Part shown: piece after piece, positions 1-10,400 of the stretch
How positions within the stretch are numbered: the stretch's first letter is position 1
Layout: each line of letters opens with the position of its first letter
Translations under genes and position numbers: made by a program
Notes under the pieces: generated by a model
What the model was told of the DNA's origin: nothing
Seen by the model: only the letters and a program-made list of their open reading frames with translations
The model's database searches: none
Assembly: GCA_965228855.1 (NCBI GenBank)
Contig: CBDDIJ010000002.1
Coordinates: 1,248,001 to 1,312,000, forward strand
Direction of reading: 5' to 3'
Length of the DNA stretch: 64,000 nt
Source: Candidatus Obscuribacterales bacterium
GTDB lineage: Bacteria; Cyanobacteriota; Vampirovibrionia; Obscuribacterales; Obscuribacteraceae

Positions 1-3000
1 ATTGAAAGTCTCTTGAACGGCAAGCTCGATAATCAAACACGTCAAGAAATTCTTGCTCCTGAAGCCAATTCTGAGAGACGCAAAATTCTGGAAGACTTGA
101 TGTCCGGAGAAAAACAGATCGAATTACGCTATCGCAACATGCGTGAGACGGTGATGAAAACGTTGCCCGACTACAAAGAATTTTTCCTGAGTGGAGACCG
201 CGATCAAGAGCGCCAGTCTGTTTATCTTGCTTTGATAAAAGAAGATGGTGCAAGCAGTTCCAGAAAGTTGAAAGAGACGCTTGGTCTTGAAACCGACCCG
301 AAGAGACAAGAGAAACTCAATTCATTGATTAATGATAACGGTGAGCTGGATCGTGTCTCAATAATCAAAGAGTTGATGAATAGTGAAACGGATGCGCGTA
401 AGAAGCAGCTTTTGAGCGAGATCTTGAAGCATGAAACTAACATCAGTGCTTTTGGCAAGATGATTGACGAGCAGCCTTCTGAATCGTCGATTAAAACGGT
501 CGCCGATATTTTTAGCGATAAAGAGCAAGCGGCGCGTTTGACTGAAATTGTGAAGACCACGAATGAAAGCCGCTCTCGATTGCTCGATCAGCTTGGTAAT
601 CAGGCGGAGAAACCTGAGTTCAAAGCTGAAGTAGAGAAGCTCAAAACGGAGGAGCGCCCTGAAGAGCGCGTTAAAGTTCTCAACCAGCTTCTTTCTGATT
701 GCACCGATGGTGCCACCCAAGGTCGGCTTCGTCAGCTGCTTTCACTGGAGAGAAAACTTGGAGTGATGTCAGACCTTCCTGCGGAGGAAACGCGACGAAA
801 GGAATTGTATGCTGCGCTCGATAAGGTAAGCACTGGTGATTACGACTCCGTAATGAAGGCATATCCGCTTTGTGCCGAATGGCTCAAGAGTGCGGTGCCC
901 GATGCTTTTGTAGAGGCGGGCTATCAAATGGGGATGGCGATTAAGCCTGGATGTCCGCTCAAGCTGCCGATCGAGCATGGTAGACCGATTCCGCCTCGTC
1001 TCATGGAGATGTATGCAAAAGAAGGGCGCATAAAGCTTGATATGGAGATGAGCGCTGAGAAGTTGCTCAATCCGTCGGAGAAGTTGGAGAATGTCGCAAA
1101 ATTGAAAAATGCTGTTGACTGGCTCTATCCGACTAAAGCCGAGATTCGAGAAGAGCAGCTTAAGTACGAAGCAAAGACTCTTGTTGATACCTTGAAGTTG
1201 AGTTTCGGACCTGAAGGTGTCGCGAAGTATGGTCCGGACGGAATACCAAAAGGTTGGATGCCGCCTGAAAAGGTGGAGGATATTCCAGCCTGGCGCGACC
1301 GCGTACTCAATGTCGTCAATCTCGGAAATCGTCTGCGCAATTATGCGCAGGCAATGAAAACAATCAGCGGTATTCAGGACGCCGATCAAGGTCTCGAAGA
1401 ACTCAAGCAGCTAGGTGTACAGTTTGAGTTCGGAAAGAATAATCAGTTGATCAAATTTGTTGTACCGCAACTCGATGGATTAGATTTGCGTTTGGGCATG
1501 CCGGCGAACGGCGCTCAGGTGAAGGGACTAGAATCCTGGCTGTCCAAGCACACTAAGGAAGTAGACAAAGCGCTCGATCCCTACAGGGACGCCATGGAGC
1601 AGTTGCTCGCCGACAAAAATCCCGGAGCGTTCTTGCGTCATGGTGATTTCCCTTTCAATGAAGGATTGCATAAAGACATTGGTGTACCCTATGACCTGAT
1701 CAGTCAGCGTGTCACCAAAGTCGAGCAGAAAGGTGGAAACATCGTTATCGAGGGAACGATTTCGTATCAAACATCGAGCTGGTACAGTTACAACTACTGG
1801 CTGGGATGTGAGCCCGTTTCCCGCAATATGAGCGACGCCGATTTCAGACGATTAAATGGTATCGCTCCTGGTGTGGAGCCTAAAGAGGGCGAGAAGTACA
1901 AAATTACTGGTGCTGACGGCAAAGAGCACGCGGGTTGGACCTTCCGTGGTAAGAATCCGGATGGCACTCTGAAGTTCGATCACGAGGAAACATTCCGGAT
2001 CGAAAAGCCTGCGAGTGAGTATTTCCCGGCAATGTCGGCAATGGGCAACATTCAACTGATCAAAGGTGACGATGTAAATCGATGGCTGTACGGTGCGAAG
2101 ATAGACAGCGTAAATCCGGCTAACTGGGAGCTTCCTCAAGTGGGCTTCTGGCACCACGGTTTGAAATACGGCAAGCTGGTGATGGATGTGGGTCTCACCG
2201 TATATGGTGGCGCCGGTATCGCTGCCAGAGGCGCCAGCTGGGGAGCGCGGGCTATGTCGCTCGGGCGTGTAGCTGTTGGGACGGCCGGATTGACTCATCA
2301 CATTATCGACACGAAATTGCCTAAAGAATGGCGCGACGGAATTCACATGGCGAGCCATGCGTTCATTCTTGCAGATGTTGGTCTCGGGCTTGGTGTCGGA
2401 ACTTTTAAGAAGGCGTTTGGTATAGGTGCGGCGGCGAAAGAATCGGCCAATTTGTTGAACACGCTCGGACACGGGGCCCTGGCAGTAGATGGTATCGCTA
2501 TCTTCGGTCCTGTGGTTGCGGCTGATATCAAAAATGTGGTGGACAATCACATGGGGTGGACCACGCAGCAAGTTCTCGAGCGTGCCTTGAACGACAGAGG
2601 GACGCCGGATCGTTTAGTGGCAAAAGAGGCTGATGACAAACCAGCCGCGTTCGATTTAAAAGATAGAGCAATCCGCGATTCAATGGATGTGATGGTGGAC
2701 CGGCTCGGTAAGACCGTCTTGACTGAAACTACGGACGAAGCAACTAAAGCGCGCGTTGAAAAACTGATAACAGACGGCAAGGCTGTGATGGGATTGGATC
2801 GCAATGATCCGAAGCGTCAGAAGTTCGTCGCCGACCTATCCAAGCTGTTTACTCCATCGGATGCAGCTGTTCTGTGGAACCACATCTCTAGCCAACCCGG
2901 CAAGTTCGAAGCGCAATTCCGCAGAGATGCGCAGGCAAAAGTCGGAGTCGATCAATCCACACCCAGCTCGCAGGAGAAACTTATAGCATCGGCACTGGCT

Positions 3001-6000
3001 CTCGTTCTTCAGGCTAACGAGAAGGGCGAATTGCCGGAGGCGGTTTTGAAGCGCGAGGTCGTGATCCCTGCACACAAGGAATATCGCGACGGCAAGCTGG
3101 TTGATGTTGCGCAATCGACGAAGGAAGTTTCCGTTTCCCGCGATGAGATTTCCGGTCTGGCTCAGCGCCTGGCTGAGACTTCGGAGTTACCGTCGATCAA
3201 GATGGCGGCCTCCAAAATGTTGTGGCGCATGGGTAAACTGGACCACAACGGACTTGCCGGAGTGCTTCTGGAAGTCGCTCAAAAGTCGAACAATCGTGAA
3301 CTGGCTGGTATGGCGTTAATCGACAATCAGGACGTCTCGCTTGGTTTTCTCCTCAATGATATTACTCATAGAGAAGTGGTGGCGGCGAGTGGCGGTTATG
3401 TTTCGTTGCAAGAATACCGCGCTAGAAATTATGGTTTAACTTCGGACGATCTGAAGCGGGATCTCAAAGCTCTCATCAGTGATGGCGCCAGAAGTGCCGA
3501 TGTTCGTGCGATGGCGACGGAACTTTTGATGGCAAATGACCTCGATAAGGTTGAAGATCGAAAGCGTGCTTTAGCAGATTGCGACCAACGCTGGCAGCGT
3601 CAACATTCCAGGGACGGCGGATACGCAGCTGATTTCGTGAAGTCGTTGAAATACCAGGCGCAGCAAGAAGTGACCGACAAGCCGGTCGAGCGTAAAGTCA
3701 AAGTGATGGAAAAGGGCGTTGAGAAGGAAGTCACGCTCTCACTGTCTCCGGAAGAAATAAAGCTGGAGAAGTTCCGAGCTTTGTCCGCACTTAAGAACAT
3801 CGGAGTCATCAAAGTCGACGGCGAAGATTACAGAATGCCGGCTGAACAACTTAATGGACAGTTCTTGAAGTGTCTATCTGCAAATAACATTGACCTCACC
3901 CTTGGTGTCATCAAAAATATCGATTTAGCCAAACTCAGTCAAGCGGAGCGTAAGCAATTACTTGGAGTGCTTGGTTGGCCGACTACGGAGCAGAGTGTTC
4001 AGGCTAAAGTTGAAGTGCTGAAAGCTGTGCGTGATATCGTTGGTGGTGACGCTGAGGTTGCAAGAGAAACGAAGTCGCGCCTCCTCGATATGCTGAATCC
4101 GGCGAGCACGCGACGCGGTTCGGAAGACTATTCGTGGGTTGGAGCGTATCCGGATTTGCACGCAGGTGCATTGACAGCGCTGGCTTCTTTTGGCTGCCAG
4201 TACCATACGGAGGCCGTCAAAGCAACGAACTTGTCCAGAGCCGATTTCGAGGCGAAGCTGGCACCTGGCGAGTCGAAAGAATTGATTCGCGGAAAGTATT
4301 ACCAGCTCAAAGAAGGTGATAGCACCGTCTGGTATCGTTATTCCGGAACTGCCCAGGATGGTTCGGAGCGCTTCATCAAACAAGGCGATCCGACTGTAGC
4401 AGTTCTGGTTCAACACCTCAAAGGCGGTGATCGAATCGGTTCTGCGCAGGTGAGATTGGCTGCCATTCAAGCTGCCGGTGATTTGCAAATTCCCGGTTTG
4501 CGGGAGTTGATGGTTGATGCAATCAAGCAGGAAACCGATCCGCGTGTTGCAAAACGCCTGCGCGAAGTGCGATTTCCGGAGGAACCTCCGCTGGATCCGA
4601 AATCTGATGCAAGCATCGACAAGTTGAACGAGTATATGACGCAGGTTCTGCAAAATAAGCAGTTCAGCGACCTCGATCATTACGGAAAGTGGATGAAGGC
4701 CACTTATCCGCTGCTGTTCGACCATAAATTTAAAGACGAGTTGAGTTCTGCAATCAAAGGTGTATACGGTGAAGGCTTCTTCAGTGGTGTTCCATTTATG
4801 TGGGACAAGACGTTCGGTTCTAAGTCTCCTGATCAATACTGGGATGAGGCGGTAAAAGGCGTCGACGACCGATATGAGGCGGATCTGAAGAAGCTAATCG
4901 ACGGCGCTAAGAGTTCGCCTGATGCAGCGACGCGGGAAAACTCGATTATGTCGCTACTCTTCATCATCACCACCCGTGGTGCCGGTACCGCGGCTACCGA
5001 CAGTCAAGGGATGCCGTTCCGTTGGAAGGACGTCACCATTGCTAGATCTGTCGTCGCATTCAGCGAGATGGCTGACAAGGGTGCTAAGGAAAGAGGTGGT
5101 GCGGCTAAGTGGGCGGTCGAAAAGCTGCTTACGCAACAACCTGACCTTCATCCCGATTACAAGCAAGTTCTGCTTACCGCCGCGATCAAGATGGCGAAAG
5201 CGGACGAGGGGCAGACCGGCGACCAGGCGATGACCAAAGAGCATCTTTCCAAAGTTCTTTATCTCGCGCTCAAGGCGACCGCCGGCTTTCCCAAGCCTGC
5301 TGATAGCGAACGATACAACAAGGAAGTCGAGTACCACAAAGACCTGATCTATTACATGACAGCGATGTGTCGTGACGCCGGTGCCACCGAATTGCTCGAA
5401 GCTGTCGCCAAGGAGCATCCGGCAAAGGAAGTTCGTGAGCAAGCGGAGTGGGGCGTTCGATTCATGCGTGATGGAATCAGCCGAAATCTGAATGACGCGT
5501 TCAAGAATCCCGACACTCTCTCGACCGCCAGTCAGCGTCGCGATGCGATTCTGTCTAACCTGACGAATCCGGAAAAATCGACTGAGGAGGTTGTGCGCGC
5601 GATTGCCAAGGCGGTTGCGGGTTACGACTGGAGAAAGCCGGAGAATGCCGGAGCTAACAACGAGGCGATGAGATCTGCTCTGAGAAAGGCGATGAGCGAT
5701 CCGCGCGTTCGCGTCAAGATGGTGGCAAGCACGTTTTTATTAGAAACCGGAGATGGATTCGATATTGCGCTGGCTGCAGAAACTTTGCAAACCATCTCAA
5801 CGACGCCTTACAAATACGGAAGCAGTGATCGCGAATTGAAGTACTACAAGATCGAAGCCGACGAAGTGATGAACAGATTTTTGAAGGGCATCGAGAAGGC
5901 CCCGAAGGAGATTCGAGACAATCGTGTTGCGCTGGTTGAGCGTGGCAAGGAGCTCTCGCGCGACAAGCAAGATGGTGTGATGGCGTATTCGTTTATCCAT

Positions 6001-7305
6001 CCGGACAACAAATCGCTCGCGAGTGCGCAGCAAGAACTGGAAAGTGTGTTGGAGAGTCCCAACTCAAACGAAATCGATATAGTCAAAGCCCTCTTCTATG
6101 CAAATGGAAAACATCAGGATCGCGTACTTGCGCCAACCGAGCCTCTTCTGGGCTTATACAGAACGGCACTGGAACATCGCAGCGAAAAGGTGCGTGCAGC
6201 TGCTGCCGAATGCATTATCCGATCTGCAACGAGCGAAGCAGATTTGTTGAAGGCTACCGGAGTGCTGAAAGAGGTTGTCGAGAAAAGTGGCAATGTTCAG
6301 TTGAAAAAGGAAGCGAGCGCACGCTTAAGTAGAGTCGCAGACTTTAGTAATTTCGATGTGAGTGGTGTAACTGCCGCTGCTGATGCGACTCTTCCGTCGG
6401 CAGATCAGGCGAAAACCCTTGCTTCTGTTTCCACTTTGCTCAAAGATGGAAAAGAGGACCAGGTGCTGCAGGCCGCGAAAGAGGTACTTTCCATCCGCTC
6501 CAACGGAATGCTGAAGTCCGATGATCCGGCTCTAAATGTTTTGCGCGACGCGCTAAACAGCAAGTATGCAATTCTGCAACTTGCAGCTGCAGTGCGTCTT
6601 GTAGAACAAAGTCCGAACGCAGCAGATTTGAAACGAGTCGCAGATAGGCTTGTTGATCTACAGAAATCCAATCTTCCTCAGGTTTTTCGCAAGGACGCGG
6701 CGAATATATTGAAGAAACTGTCCGACTCAAATTTGGAAAACGCAAAGATGGTCAGTGAAGTTCAAGCCGCAGCCGATAAGAGTCTTGGAATGATAATCGA
6801 CGTGGTCAGGGACTTACCGGCGCAAACAAACGGCGACCTGAAAGTCAACGCGGAAAAACTTGCAACGCTTCTCGCCGCTGCTAAAGATGCTCCGAGTAAG
6901 CGCAGTTCAGACGATGCAATTAAATCGATATACAGTAATGCTCTGAACGCTGCTACATGGGGCGCAAATAGTGAAGTTACTGCTCAAATTCGTGATGCTG
7001 CTTTGTCCCATCCGGACGAGCGTGTGCGTCTGACGGCGGCATGGATGCTCGCTCAAGTCGCTCCTGGACAGGATGATGCATCGACCGGTTATATGGTGCT
7101 TGCAAAGCTGGCTGAGCAGTCCAAAGATAATGCGGTGAAAATTGAGTCGATGGACATTCTGAATGCTGTGATCGGCGGACAACAGCAAATTATCGACAGC
7201 ACTGACGCGGCGGTGACAATTCAGCAAAAGACGCGTGCGCGCTGGGCTCTTGGTGAGATTGCGCGTCATCGTGATGCCATAATCAAAGCAGCGTCGATGA
7301 AGTGA
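1..7305 (+). CDS. Giant (>2430 aa) hypothetical protein, 5'-truncated by window edge; N-terminal helical repeats, central Gly/Ala-rich hydrophobic helices, C-terminal HEAT-like repeat modules
   Basis: Frame is open from base 1 (ATT GAA AGT CTC TTG...), so the true start lies upstream. Recurrent HEAT-like motifs (AMSDPRVRVKMVAS, ALEHRSEKVRAAAA, ALNSKYAILQLAAA, ALSHPDERVRLTAA). Confidence 0.85.
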   Translation: MESLLNGKLDNQTRQEILAPEANSERRKILEDLMSGEKQIELRYRNMRETVMKTLPDYKEFFLSGDRDQERQSVYLALIKEDGASSSRKLKETLGLETDPKRQEKLNSLINDNGELDRVSIIKELMNSETDARKKQLLSEILKHETNISAFGKMIDEQPSESSIKTVADIFSDKEQAARLTEIVKTTNESRSRLLDQLGNQAEKPEFKAEVEKLKTEERPEERVKVLNQLLSDCTDGATQGRLRQLLSLERKLGVMSDLPAEETRRKELYAALDKVSTGDYDSVMKAYPLCAEWLKSAVPDAFVEAGYQMGMAIKPGCPLKLPIEHGRPIPPRLMEMYAKEGRIKLDMEMSAEKLLNPSEKLENVAKLKNAVDWLYPTKAEIREEQLKYEAKTLVDTLKLSFGPEGVAKYGPDGIPKGWMPPEKVEDIPAWRDRVLNVVNLGNRLRNYAQAMKTISGIQDADQGLEELKQLGVQFEFGKNNQLIKFVVPQLDGLDLRLGMPANGAQVKGLESWLSKHTKEVDKALDPYRDAMEQLLADKNPGAFLRHGDFPFNEGLHKDIGVPYDLISQRVTKVEQKGGNIVIEGTISYQTSSWYSYNYWLGCEPVSRNMSDADFRRLNGIAPGVEPKEGEKYKITGADGKEHAGWTFRGKNPDGTLKFDHEETFRIEKPASEYFPAMSAMGNIQLIKGDDVNRWLYGAKIDSVNPANWELPQVGFWHHGLKYGKLVMDVGLTVYGGAGIAARGASWGARAMSLGRVAVGTAGLTHHIIDTKLPKEWRDGIHMASHAFILADVGLGLGVGTFKKAFGIGAAAKESANLLNTLGHGALAVDGIAIFGPVVAADIKNVVDNHMGWTTQQVLERALNDRGTPDRLVAKEADDKPAAFDLKDRAIRDSMDVMVDRLGKTVLTETTDEATKARVEKLITDGKAVMGLDRNDPKRQKFVADLSKLFTPSDAAVLWNHISSQPGKFEAQFRRDAQAKVGVDQSTPSSQEKLIASALALVLQANEKGELPEAVLKREVVIPAHKEYRDGKLVDVAQSTKEVSVSRDEISGLAQRLAETSELPSIKMAASKMLWRMGKLDHNGLAGVLLEVAQKSNNRELAGMALIDNQDVSLGFLLNDITHREVVAASGGYVSLQEYRARNYGLTSDDLKRDLKALISDGARSADVRAMATELLMANDLDKVEDRKRALADCDQRWQRQHSRDGGYAADFVKSLKYQAQQEVTDKPVERKVKVMEKGVEKEVTLSLSPEEIKLEKFRALSALKNIGVIKVDGEDYRMPAEQLNGQFLKCLSANNIDLTLGVIKNIDLAKLSQAERKQLLGVLGWPTTEQSVQAKVEVLKAVRDIVGGDAEVARETKSRLLDMLNPASTRRGSEDYSWVGAYPDLHAGALTALASFGCQYHTEAVKATNLSRADFEAKLAPGESKELIRGKYYQLKEGDSTVWYRYSGTAQDGSERFIKQGDPTVAVLVQHLKGGDRIGSAQVRLAAIQAAGDLQIPGLRELMVDAIKQETDPRVAKRLREVRFPEEPPLDPKSDASIDKLNEYMTQVLQNKQFSDLDHYGKWMKATYPLLFDHKFKDELSSAIKGVYGEGFFSGVPFMWDKTFGSKSPDQYWDEAVKGVDDRYEADLKKLIDGAKSSPDAATRENSIMSLLFIITTRGAGTAATDSQGMPFRWKDVTIARSVVAFSEMADKGAKERGGAAKWAVEKLLTQQPDLHPDYKQVLLTAAIKMAKADEGQTGDQAMTKEHLSKVLYLALKATAGFPKPADSERYNKEVEYHKDLIYYMTAMCRDAGATELLEAVAKEHPAKEVREQAEWGVRFMRDGISRNLNDAFKNPDTLSTASQRRDAILSNLTNPEKSTEEVVRAIAKAVAGYDWRKPENAGANNEAMRSALRKAMSDPRVRVKMVASTFLLETGDGFDIALAAETLQTISTTPYKYGSSDRELKYYKIEADEVMNRFLKGIEKAPKEIRDNRVALVERGKELSRDKQDGVMAYSFIHPDNKSLASAQQELESVLESPNSNEIDIVKALFYANGKHQDRVLAPTEPLLGLYRTALEHRSEKVRAAAAECIIRSATSEADLLKATGVLKEVVEKSGNVQLKKEASARLSRVADFSNFDVSGVTAAADATLPSADQAKTLASVSTLLKDGKEDQVLQAAKEVLSIRSNGMLKSDDPALNVLRDALNSKYAILQLAAAVRLVEQSPNAADLKRVADRLVDLQKSNLPQVFRKDAANILKKLSDSNLENAKMVSEVQAAADKSLGMIIDVVRDLPAQTNGDLKVNAEKLATLLAAAKDAPSKRSSDDAIKSIYSNALNAATWGANSEVTAQIRDAALSHPDERVRLTAAWMLAQVAPGQDDASTGYMVLAKLAEQSKDNAVKIESMDILNAVIGGQQQIIDSTDAAVTIQQKTRARWALGEIARHRDAIIKAASMK

Positions 7306-7346
7306 ATACGCTCGGGTCATGAAGGTCTTTTTGCGATGTTAGGTTA

Positions 7347-7365
7347 GTTCCCCTAATAGGGGAAC
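7347..7365. terminator. Inverted repeat between convergent giant genes (possible bidirectional terminator or protein-binding site)
   Basis: GTTCCCCTA-A-TAGGGGAAC with 9-bp arms; partial second copy TTCCCCTATT at 7441-7450; no strong U-tract. Confidence 0.4.
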
Positions 7366-7495
7366 AGAAATACTAGGTCTTCGGGATCGGAACAGCGGTC
7401 AAAATCCCGGAAATGCCCATCGGAACGTGATTCTGGCGAATTCCCCTATTGGCGGACATTCTTGAACGAGTTCGTTTGAGGTATAGATACGTCGG

Positions 7496-10400
7496 CTATT
7501 TGTCTTTTTTAAATTCGACTTGAATTCTGTCTTCGTATTTAGAGGTGTCACGTTGCATCATATGGCGGAGAACGGCGGAGGAGAGAATGCCTATGGCGAG
7601 GACGCCGCCACCGATTGCTAGAGTTCGTCCAACGCGGCTTGTTCGTCCACGTTCGGCTTCGGTGGTCTCTGTTTTTAAGCCAAGTTGTGTTCGCAGGTTT
7701 GCGAAGAATTCAGCTTTGCATTCTTCTTTTGCTTCCGGGGGGAGTTGTTCGTAGCGCGTCTTTAGTTCGCGGAGCTCCTTTTGCTCCTCATCAGAGCGAG
7801 TTTTATCGGAGAGCATTTCGTCAATTACTTTTCCGAAGTCGCTGGTCTTGAACTCTTTTTCGACCCTGTCGAGGAACCGTGGAGCGTCGGCTTTTGCCAT
7901 TCTCGCCTTGATGCCGCCCGGAAGAGCGATTTCGATCATCTTACCGGCTTCCATTGCGGTGGCTGGACGTTCGACTTTCGGCTGCGCCTGCGAGCCTTGC
8001 TCAAAGGGAGAAGTCTCGATTGGTATTTCATCTATGTTGCCACCAGTGGTAGTGCGAAGTAGCGGATCCGGTTTCGCGGGAGCCGGCCTCGGAGCATCTG
8101 GTTTCGCGGCATCAGGTTTCGACGCATCAGGTTTCGTCGCATCAGGTTTCGAGACATCAGGTTTCGCGGCATCCGATTTAGGTGGCTCCGCTATTTCGGA
8201 CGGCGCATTCTGCGAGCCAGGTCTGGACGTTTCTGTCGCAGTGCCGGCGCGGTTGGTTTCACTTCCAGAGGGTCGTGGCTTAGATAAGTCTAGCTTGTCT
8301 TGTTCGCTAAACTCATGTTCTCCGCCGATTTCAATTTCCAGTGCACCATAGTCAAAGGTGCGAACTTCGACGCGCCCGTCGGGTGTGACATAGTTACCGA
8401 CCTGGCGGGATGCGGAGTCCACTGCGCGACCGAAGTCGCCCGTGTTCCCTTGCGCGCGTTTGACTGCTTTGATGAAATCTTGAACTTTTGCAGGATCTGG
8501 TGTTTCGCCGAACGGTTGGCGATAAACTATCCACTGCTTTCCTTCCGGGCCGATGAGCATCGGGCGCGGCTCGCCGCTATCGATGGATAGGAGGGGCATG
8601 TCCAATTGTCGGTGTCCCCAACTCGCGTCCCATTCGGTATTCGGTCGGAATTTCAATATGGTGCCATCGTTGAGACGCACTGCCAGACCTTCTGAGCCTG
8701 CAAACACCTCTGTCGCTTCGACACCCGGGAAATACTTTTCCAGAATTTTGTTCGTGTATTCTTTCGCGTTTTTCGTCATTGCGCTTTGATCGTACTGGCG
8801 AATCGCTTCGTTAGCCTGGTTGAATGCAGAGTCGGTGGCAGTGGTTCGTTGCTCGGCCGAAATTGGTGGACGCTGCATAGCTTCCGTCGGTTGAGCCGTC
8901 TTGGGCTTCATGTTTTCGACGTGGTCCTGAAGAGCCTCGACGCCATCGCTGTCCAGGAATGAAACCATTTCCTTCTTCAGGTAGGCCTTCATTGTCGAGT
9001 CCAGTTTCCCTGTTTTGTCGAGCTCAATCAGATCGTTCACGAGACGGTCGTAGTGCTTGTTACGGTTTTCTGGAGATCGAGCCAGCTTATACAATTTCTT
9101 GAGACCGGGTTGAATCTCTTCCGATGCCGTTTTGATCCTCTCGGACATCGGCAGTTTGTCGGTTTCAGCGGATTTTGGTTTTGACACGGCGGGCATGAAG
9201 TCACCGGTTGAATCAGCCGGTTTCGTAGTGCCGGGCAGGGCGTCACTGGCAGGAGCAGCGGGTTTCGCAGTGCCGGGCAGGGCGTCACTGGTAGCCGTAT
9301 CTGGTTTTGCGGTACCAGTTTTATTTGCCTCTGAAAGCGGCTCTGTCTTGGATTCTCCGGGTTGCAGAGCCGGTTTGGCTACGGTATCGCTGGCAGTGCC
9401 TGCTTCAGTCCTGGTTTCCCCACTAGTGCCGGTTTCTACTTTACTTTCGGTGGTGGTGTTGGTTTCGCTTGCGCCGGCAGCTGCGGCTCTTCGTGCACGG
9501 ATGGCTTCCAGTCTGCCTTTTGCAACTTTGTAACCCAGATAGAGGCAAGCTGCTGTCAGCACTGGACCGGTCACCACGTCGGATGTGTACGAAACGACCT
9601 TTTTGTCCTTCTCGAGATCTGTGGCTGCTTTTCCTAAATCTCGGGTCTCGAACTTTTTGTAACCGACCTGGAATTTGTCCATCGGTTTATTTGGATTGTC
9701 GCTGGCCGGTTTCAAGTCTCCACCTGGACTGTCCGACGGTGCAGGTTGCGGTTTGTTCTGGTGGTGAGCTTCAAACGCTTTCTTTAGATGATTCGCATAA
9801 TCAACGCTGAATTCAAGCTCCGGGCGTTTGGTTATCGCTTCTGTGAGAATGGCTTTGCCGCGTTTGAGCATTTCGGCGTCGCCCGACGCGATCATTGCCA
9901 GACCGCAATTGACGCGAGTAGAGCCAGGCGCGAGATGCTCTCTGTATTTGTTCCATTCGCTTTCCTTCGCAGCTTTATGTTCTGCGAGCAGTTTATCAAC
10001 GTTCTCCTCGCGAAGTTCTTTCGCGATGATTGAACGCTCTATGACAATTCGCTTACGGAAGAGTTCGGTCAGTTCTTCTGTAATCTTGTCCTGTGGCAGC
10101 CGGTCTGCCTCTCGTATAGCTGTTTCGAAGTGGGGAATCGCAGCTTTAATGCCGGTATCGGCATACGCTTCATTGGCTTTGTCCATGGCGGCGTCGACAG
10201 TGGTGTTATCGGCGGTGCCACCTCCGGACGTGGTCAACTTTAACTCACCGTCCCAGGCTGGCAGTCCACTGGACTTTCTGGAAGTTTCCATCTTGTGGTA
10301 AGCGGAGAGAATCTTGCGATTGAATGCCGCGTCAACCTGGAGTTCGGGGCGGCGAGCAACCGCCGCGAGCAGGGTTTTTTCGCCTTCCGCGATTTGCTTG

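Noticed and set aside
7347..7450. GTTCCCC...GGGGA resembling a type I-E CRISPR repeat
   Set aside because: Only one full palindrome and one partial copy; no regular repeat-spacer period; no cas genes.
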